Below, in pieces: positions 27,010 through 32,000 of a DNA stretch of 32,000 nucleotides. Positions within the stretch are counted from its first letter, which is position 1; each line of letters starts with the position of its first letter. Origin of the DNA: Clostridiales bacterium (GTDB lineage: Bacteria > Bacillota > Clostridia > Christensenellales > Aristaeellaceae); contig SFIM01000004.1 in NCBI GenBank assembly GCA_004556155.1, positions 69,856 through 101,855 of the forward strand, written 5' to 3'. Under the pieces are notes generated by a model. The model had not been told where the DNA came from. It searched no databases and saw only the letters and a program-made list of their open reading frames with translations. Position numbers and translations under genes: made by a program.

Positions 27010-27290
27010 GGCCAAATAGCCTTGCGCGTTTGTGCTACCTGCAAACAGGCTGCGATAAAGAACAACCCCCGGTTTCCCCCGTGCAAAAGAGAGGACGGCT
27101 CACCGGCTGAAAGGCGTCCGCGCGGCGGCGGGGCATTCGCTTTGGAGCCGCGCGCCCGAAGGCTCAGTAAGGCGCGCCGTCCTATCCGCGTTACAGGATC
27201 AGAGCGCGGGCAGCATCCCTGCCTGCGGAAATTGGGTGGTACCACGCCTGCATGCGTCCCATGTGCTTTACATGGGATGATTTTTTATTT
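27010..27290 (+). promoter_or_regulatory. T-box riboswitch leader (tRNA-Phe-responsive) controlling pheST; the 5' boundary is approximate
   Basis: The conserved T-box sequence AAATTGGGTGGTACCACGCC lies at 27229-27248. The terminator TCCCATGT-gcttt-ACATGGGA plus tgattttttatttt lies at 27257-27290. An AGAGAG (AG-bulge-like) element is at 27088-27093. The only UUC between that element and the T-box is at 27135-27137. Confidence 0.85.
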
Positions 27291-27302
27291 TGGAGGGTAT
27301 GT

Positions 27303-28331
27303 ATGGGCATCAGAGAGAATATCGAGTCCATCCGTGCGGAGCTGGAGCAGGAGCTGCAGCGCCTGGACGATGTAAAGCAGCTGGAGGAGGCTCGCCAGCG
27401 CGTGCTGGGCAAAAAGGGCAGCCTGACCGCGCTGCTGCGCTCCATGGGGCAGCTCAGCCCCGAGGAGCGTCCTGCCGCCGGGCAGATGATCAACGCCGGG
27501 CGCGAAAGGATCAGCGCCATGCTGGACGAGCGCCTGACCACGCTCAAGGCTCGCGAACGTGAGCGCAAGCTGGAGCGCGAAGCGCTGGACGTGACCGAGC
27601 CGCGCGACCTGCCGCGCCTGGGCGTGGCGCATCCCACCTCGCTGGTGCTGGACGAGGTGCTCTCGGCCCTGACGGGTCTGGGCTTTGATGTGGTGGAAGG
27701 CCCTGAAATCGAGCTGGATCACTACAACTTTGAGCTTTTGAACCTGCCCAAGAATCATCCCGCGCGCGACGCGCAGGATACCTTCTATGTGGATGATAAC
27801 ATCGTGCTGCGCACGCACACCTCCCCCGTGCAGGCGCGCACCATGCTGTCCCGCAAGCCCCCCATCCGTATTGCCTGCCCCGGCCGCGTGTTCCGCGCCG
27901 ACGAGGTGGACGCTACCCACAGCCCCGTTTTCCATCAGATCGAGGGTCTGGTGATCGATAAGGACGTGAACATGGGCGATCTGAAGGGCACGCTGGACGC
28001 GCTGTTCAAGCGCCTGTACGGCGATGATATCGAAACGCGCTTCCGCCCCTCCTTCTTCCCCTTTACCGAGCCGAGCGCTGAGGTCGATCTGACCTGCATC
28101 TCCTGCCGCGGCAAGGGCTGCCGCATGTGCAAGGGCACGGGCTGGATTGAGGTGCTGGGCTGCGGCATGGTCAACCCCAAGGTGCTGACCATGTGCGGCA
28201 TCGATCCCAACGAATACACCGGCTTTGCCTTTGGCATCGGCCTGGAGCGCATCACCATGCTGCGCTACGGCATCAAGGATATGCGCCTGCTCTATGAGGG
28301 CGACGAGCGCTTCCTGCGCCAGTTCCGCTAA
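27303..28331 (+). CDS. pheS: Phenylalanine--tRNA ligase alpha subunit
   Basis: The start is reassigned to the ATG at 27303 (GGAGGG SD, downstream of the T-box terminator). There is an N-terminal coiled coil. Class II motifs include HPARDAQDTFY, LRTHTSPVQ, FRPSFFPFTEPSAEVD and GFAFGIGLERI. Confidence 0.97.
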   Translation: MGIRENIESIRAELEQELQRLDDVKQLEEARQRVLGKKGSLTALLRSMGQLSPEERPAAGQMINAGRERISAMLDERLTTLKARERERKLEREALDVTEPRDLPRLGVAHPTSLVLDEVLSALTGLGFDVVEGPEIELDHYNFELLNLPKNHPARDAQDTFYVDDNIVLRTHTSPVQARTMLSRKPPIRIACPGRVFRADEVDATHSPVFHQIEGLVIDKDVNMGDLKGTLDALFKRLYGDDIETRFRPSFFPFTEPSAEVDLTCISCRGKGCRMCKGTGWIEVLGCGMVNPKVLTMCGIDPNEYTGFAFGIGLERITMLRYGIKDMRLLYEGDERFLRQFR

Positions 28332-28346
28332 GGGAGGGAAACGGAC

Positions 28347-30740
28347 ATGAAAATTTCGATGAACTGGATCCGCCAGTACGCGGATATTCCCGTATCGCCC
28401 GCCGAATACGAAAGCACCATGATCATGCACGGCACGGGCGTGGAAGGCATTGAATACCTGGGCGAGGAATGCCAGAACGTGGTGGTCGGCCGGGTGCTGA
28501 CCTGCCGTGATCATGAAAACAGCGACCATCTGCACGTGTGCACGGTGGATGTGGGCCAGGGCGAGCCGCTGCAGATTGTCTGCGGCGCGCCCAACGTGCG
28601 CGAGGGCATTCTGGTGCCCGTAGCCCTGATCGGCGCCAAGCTGCCCGGCGGCCACGAAATCAAAAAGGGCAAGCTGCGCGGCGTAGAAAGCTGCGGCATG
28701 CTCTGCTCCGGCCCCGAAATCGGCGTGCCGGTGGAGCTGTACCCCTCCGTAGGCGACGCTGGCCTGCTGATTTTCCATGAGGATTATCCCCTGGGCACCG
28801 ATGTGCGCAAGATCTTCGGCCTGGACGATTATGTGGCCGATTTTGAAATTCTGGCCAACCGCCCTGACTGCCTGTGCGCCTGGGGCATCGCGCGCGAAAC
28901 CTCTGCCGCGCTGGGCACCAAGCTGACGCTGCCCGAGGTGACGGTCAAGGACGTCGGCGGCGATATCGCCGATCATGTTCAGGTGACGGTGGAGGATTTC
29001 ACCCGCTGCCCGCGCTACGCCGCCCGCGTGATCAAAAACGTGCGCGTCGCGCCCTCGCCCATGTGGCTGCGGCAGGTGCTGCATGCCGCCGGCATGCGCT
29101 CCATCAATAACATTGTAGATATCACCAACTATGTGATGCTGGAAACCGGCCATCCCATGCACGCCTTTGATCTGGACAAGGTGCGCGGCCGCCAGATCAT
29201 CGTGCGCACCGCCCAGGATGGCGAAACGCTGCGCACGCTGGACGGCAAGGATCATGCCCTGACCAGCGCTGATCTGCTGATCTGCGATGCGGAAGGCCCC
29301 ACGGGCCTGGCCGGCATCATGGGCGGCGAGGAAAGCGAAATCACCGACAGCACCCGTGAGGTGATGCTTGAGTGCGCCACCTTCGACCGCGCCGTCACGC
29401 GCATTTCCGCCCGCCGCATGGGCATCCGCACTGAGTCCAGCGGCCGCTTTGAGCGCGGCGTATCCGAAAAGACCATCATGACCGCGTTGGAGCGCGCCTG
29501 TCAGCTGGTGAACCTGCTGGACGCGGGCGACGTGGTAGGCGGCCATTACGACTGCTACGAGCATCTAGAGGCGCCTAAGACCATCGTCTGCTCCGTCCGC
29601 CGCATCGCCGCCCGCACGGGCGTGGATATCACGGGCGAGGAGATGGAAGCAGCCCTGCGCAAGCTGTGCTTCACCGTGGAGCGCGAGGGCGATACCCTGC
29701 GCGTCACCGTGCCCGATTATCGTCAGGATATGGAGGGCGAAGCCGATGTGTGCGAGGAAGTGCTGCGCATGGTAGGCTATGAGCGCATTCCCTCCACGCG
29801 CCTGCGCGGCGAAAGCACGCAGGGCGGCCTGAACCCGCTGATGCAGCATAAGGCGCGCGTGCGCCGCGTGCTGGGCGGCCTGGGCTATGACGAAATGATG
29901 ACCTTCTCCTTCGTCAGCCTCAAGTCCATCGCCGCGCTGGGTCTGCCGGCGGATGATCCCCGCATGCAGCCGCTGATGCTGCGCAACCCGCTGGGCGAGG
30001 ATACCGCCTGCATGCGCACCACACTGGCTCCCGATATGCTGCGCATCCTGGCCGGCAACTACAACCGCGGCAACGACTGCGCCATGCTGTACGAGTTCGG
30101 CACGCTCTTTGATGCAACCCGCCGCACGGAGGAGGGGCTGATCACCGAGTCCCCCGCCCTGTCCATCGGCGCGTATGGCAAGGATCTGGATTTCTACGCC
30201 ATTCGCGGCGCGGTGCAGGCGCTGTGCGCGCAGGAGGGCGTAAGCGTTACGGTTGTACCCGGCGGCGACTGCTATTATCATCCCGGCCGCAGCGCACGGC
30301 TGATGCATGGTGAAACCGTCATCGCTACGCTGGGTCAGGTGCATCCCGATATCGCGCAGGCCATGGATCTGCCCGAAATCACGCTGCTGGCCGAGGTGGA
30401 CATGGTGGCGCTGTATGCCTGCGCCCAGCCCATGGGACAGGTAAAGCCCATCTCCCGCATGCAGGCCGTCAGCCGCGATATCGCGCTGGTCATGCCTGAT
30501 GCGCAGCCGCTGGGCCCCGTGATGGATGCGATCCGTCATGCCGCGGGCGAATGGCTGGAGGATATCCGCCTGTTTGACGTGTTCCGCGGCGTGCAGGTAG
30601 GCCTGGGTATGAAGAGCGCAGCCTTCTCACTGACCTTCCGCGCCTCTGACCAGACGCTGACTGAAGATCATCTGGCCCCGATAATGAAGAAAGTAATGAA
30701 GGTTTGCCGCGAAAAATTCGGCGCAGAAATTCGTTCCTGA
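28347..30740 (+). CDS. pheT: Phenylalanine--tRNA ligase beta subunit
   Basis: The 797-aa product has an N-terminal tRNA-binding (OB) domain (GRVLTCRDHENSDHLHVCTVDVGQGEPLQIVCGAPN), B3/4 and B5 domains, and a C-terminal FDX-ACB domain (DIALVMPD...DVFRG). A GGGAGGG SD is present. Confidence 0.97.
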   Translation: MKISMNWIRQYADIPVSPAEYESTMIMHGTGVEGIEYLGEECQNVVVGRVLTCRDHENSDHLHVCTVDVGQGEPLQIVCGAPNVREGILVPVALIGAKLPGGHEIKKGKLRGVESCGMLCSGPEIGVPVELYPSVGDAGLLIFHEDYPLGTDVRKIFGLDDYVADFEILANRPDCLCAWGIARETSAALGTKLTLPEVTVKDVGGDIADHVQVTVEDFTRCPRYAARVIKNVRVAPSPMWLRQVLHAAGMRSINNIVDITNYVMLETGHPMHAFDLDKVRGRQIIVRTAQDGETLRTLDGKDHALTSADLLICDAEGPTGLAGIMGGEESEITDSTREVMLECATFDRAVTRISARRMGIRTESSGRFERGVSEKTIMTALERACQLVNLLDAGDVVGGHYDCYEHLEAPKTIVCSVRRIAARTGVDITGEEMEAALRKLCFTVEREGDTLRVTVPDYRQDMEGEADVCEEVLRMVGYERIPSTRLRGESTQGGLNPLMQHKARVRRVLGGLGYDEMMTFSFVSLKSIAALGLPADDPRMQPLMLRNPLGEDTACMRTTLAPDMLRILAGNYNRGNDCAMLYEFGTLFDATRRTEEGLITESPALSIGAYGKDLDFYAIRGAVQALCAQEGVSVTVVPGGDCYYHPGRSARLMHGETVIATLGQVHPDIAQAMDLPEITLLAEVDMVALYACAQPMGQVKPISRMQAVSRDIALVMPDAQPLGPVMDAIRHAAGEWLEDIRLFDVFRGVQVGLGMKSAAFSLTFRASDQTLTEDHLAPIMKKVMKVCREKFGAEIRS

Positions 30741-30757
30741 TTTCTAACATCATGCAT

Positions 30758-30798
30758 ACGCTCCCGGTCAGGCATTGCGCTTGCGCCGGGAGCGTTTT
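30758..30798. terminator. Intrinsic terminator after pheT
   Basis: ACGCTCCCGG...CCGGGAGCGT forms a 10-bp stem (30758-30767 with 30786-30795), followed by tttt. Confidence 0.8.
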
Positions 30799-30802
30799 AT
30801 AT

Positions 30803-31045
30803 TCATTTTTGCCTCTGCGTCAGGCGATTGGATCGCGGCATTTTTAGCGCGGCCAGGGCGCTGACGATGCCAATGCCCGCGGCGTTCATGACATCCCTTG
30901 CCGGAAAATCTGGAATCAAGTGCATGCCGGCCACGCCCAGCGCCGCGCTGCACAATCCTAAAATCAGCGGAATCAGTTCCTCCCGCAAACCGCGAATCAT
31001 GCGCAACAGCATCCCCAGCAAATAGCAGATCGCCACGAAACGCAA
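30803..31045 (-). CDS. Possible small membrane protein (80 aa, 2-3 TM); weak call
   Basis: The start is TTG and I found no convincing SD. The sequence is hydrophobic (LIPLILGLCSAALGVAG..., AAGIGIVSALAAL). It is divergent from the XRE-like gene. Confidence 0.3.
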   Translation of the reverse strand: MRFVAICYLLGMLLRMIRGLREELIPLILGLCSAALGVAGMHLIPDFPARDVMNAAGIGIVSALAALKMPRSNRLTQRQK

Positions 31046-31112
31046 GCGTCATTGCCGTGCGTGCCTTTGCATAGCTGCAATTTTCCTTGCATGCGTGAAA
31101 GGAAAGCCCCAA

Positions 31113-31623
31113 ATGATAGATAGCAGCTACGCCAGCGCTGAAAACATTGCCGCATATCTGCGCCGCATCAAGGAGCGCAGGCATTTCCAGCCAGGAATGG
31201 TCTGTGCGCAGCGGCGTATCGGAAGCGACCATTTCTCACCTACTTAGCGGACAAAACCAATCCCCGCAGTTCTGCACTGTCGCGCAGCTGGTTAAATCCG
31301 TCGGCGGCTCCCTGGACGAATTGGCCGATATCCCCCACGCTCCCCGCGCTCCGCCATGCGATAAAGCGCTGGCGCATATGATCGCAATGGATAAACAGCG
31401 GGAGGAAACCGTTTTATATTTGCAAAATCAAGTGACTGAATTGCGAGCAAATGCTGAGCGTCAGCATCGTTTGTTGATCATATGCACTGCGGTGCTCGGT
31501 CTGTTTTTGTTTCTTTTCGGCGCATTGCTGGCCTGGGATCTCTCCGACCCGCGCTATGGCTTCTTCCACCGTGTGATCTCCGCCATGCCGCATGGCAGCC
31601 ACCTGCCCTTCCTGCGCAGATAG
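31113..31623 (+). pseudogene. XRE-family HTH membrane-anchored regulator, apparently split by a 1-nt frameshift near 31179-31182
   Basis: Frame A (ATG 31113) encodes MIDSSYASAENIAAYLRRIKERR, then runs into a stop at 31245. Frame B (ORF 31147..31623) encodes ..GISSQEWSVRSGVSEATISHLLSGQNQSPQFCTVAQLVKSVGGSLDEL, then a coiled segment and a C-terminal TM (LLIICTAVLGLFLFLFGALLAW). Joined together, the two frames make one complete HTH_3-type domain. Confidence 0.6.
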
Positions 31624-31745
31624 TCTCCACTTGCATGAATGTGCATCCACCTGCACCCATGCAAACACTGTGCGCCATCTGAAAGGCACATTTCATCCCT
31701 TGCCGTATTTCCAGTCACATTATTTGCATTTTTTAGAAAAAAGCA

Positions 31746-31774
31746 TTGACAAACCCCATGAGCCGTGATATTAT
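31746..31774 (+). promoter_or_regulatory. Sigma-A-type promoter of tRNA-Val
   Basis: TTGACA (31746-31751), 17 nt, TATTAT (31769-31774). It lies about 25 nt upstream of the tRNA 5' end. Confidence 0.75.
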
Positions 31775-31799
31775 ATATCTTGTGATTGGTTCAAGTTAT

Positions 31800-31875
31800 G
31801 GTCGCATGGCTCAGTTGGTAGAGCACATCGTTCACATCGATGGGGTCACAGGTTCGAGTCCTGTTGCGACCACCA
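31800..31875 (+). tRNA. tRNA-Val (anticodon CAC), CCA encoded
   Basis: Folded by hand. The acceptor is GGTCGCA/TGCGACC, the D arm GCTC-AGTTGGTA-GAGC, the anticodon stem CATCG/CGATG with loop TT-CAC-AT, and the T arm ACAGG-TTCGAGT-CCTGT. The discriminator is A, followed by CCA. Confidence 0.95.
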
Positions 31876-31876
31876 C

Positions 31877-31912
31877 AAAACCTCGAAGGCATAAGGCTTT
31901 CGAGGTTTTTTT
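31877..31912 (+). terminator. Intrinsic terminator after tRNA-Val
   Basis: AAAACCTCGAA-(11-nt loop)-TTCGAGGTTTT, followed by additional T residues. Confidence 0.85.
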
Positions 31913-31929
31913 CTGTCTCTTGGACAAGT

Positions 31930-31951
31930 GCCCTCCTCCCCGTGGGAGGGC
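31930..31951 (+). repeat. CT-arm/GA-arm hairpin, similar in style to those at 6332, 6418 and 6652
   Basis: GCCCTCC-tccccgtg-GGAGGGC forms a 7-bp stem in non-coding DNA downstream of tRNA-Val. Confidence 0.5.
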
Positions 31952-32000
31952 CTGACCGGCATACTATTAGCTTCTATCAATTACGCTCATTCACGAACAT

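Noticed and set aside
27285-30539. 759-aa and 324-aa minus-strand ORFs opposite pheS and pheT
   Set aside because: They are antisense to universally conserved aminoacyl-tRNA synthetase genes, so they are shadow ORFs.
30803-31045. Idea that the 80-aa membrane ORF is a phage holin marking a prophage next to the XRE gene
   Set aside because: The only support is a vague hydrophobic-pattern resemblance. The ORF has a TTG start without an SD, and no other phage genes, integrase or att repeats are visible in the remaining 1 kb of the window.
30768-31232. 154-aa minus-strand ORF overlapping the XRE-like gene start and the small membrane ORF
   Set aside because: The translation is Arg/Gly/Ala-rich, there is no SD, and it overlaps better candidates on both strands.
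31913-31921. CTGTCTCTT, a 9-nt match to the start of the Tn5/Nextera mosaic-end adapter sequence
   Set aside because: The match stops after 9 nt (it is followed by GGACAAG, not ATACACATCT). It lies inside ordinary intergenic sequence right after a terminator, which is consistent with chance.

Overview
GC-rich, Clostridia-like chromosomal segment. This is an inference from GGAGG Shine-Dalgarno sites, TTGACA/TATAAT promoters, a T-box leader, obg, PFOR and anaerobe-type genes; no taxon can be proven from the sequence alone. About 30 genes are tightly packed. Left to right they are:
- the 3' end of a Cys-rich repeat protein;
- a long minus-strand run: DUF368 (PopT-like), obg, an esterase, DUF975, a class-3 lipase-like gene and a mini membrane protein;
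- a roughly 750-bp non-coding gap full of hairpins;
- a four-gene minus-strand operon: CHAP/PG-binding hydrolase, a degenerate GuaA paralogue, a double GNAT and an MtnN-like nucleosidase;
- a MarR regulator with a heterodimeric ABC exporter;
- a CarD-like regulator, a GlsB-like membrane protein and an AT-richer secreted protein;
- an orphan anSME-type radical SAM/SPASM enzyme, tRNA-Arg(ACG) and PFOR (nifJ);
- BlaI plus a very long BlaR1-like M56 sensor protease;
- rpsT, a Phe T-box leader with pheS and pheT;
- a frameshifted XRE-type membrane regulator and tRNA-Val(CAC).

I found no CRISPR array, transposase, integrase or rRNA. The many long ORFs antisense to these genes are GC-driven shadow ORFs.

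The items most worth follow-up are:
1. the GuaA-derived apparent pseudoenzyme embedded in the cell-wall hydrolase/GNAT/nucleosidase operon;
2. the hairpin-dense non-coding region at 6217-6972, with a repeated CT-arm/GA-arm hairpin family;
3. the BlaI/BlaR1 pair, whose sensor carries a roughly 700-aa non-PBP ectodomain.

All homology calls were made by eye and from memory of family motifs. None has been checked against a database.
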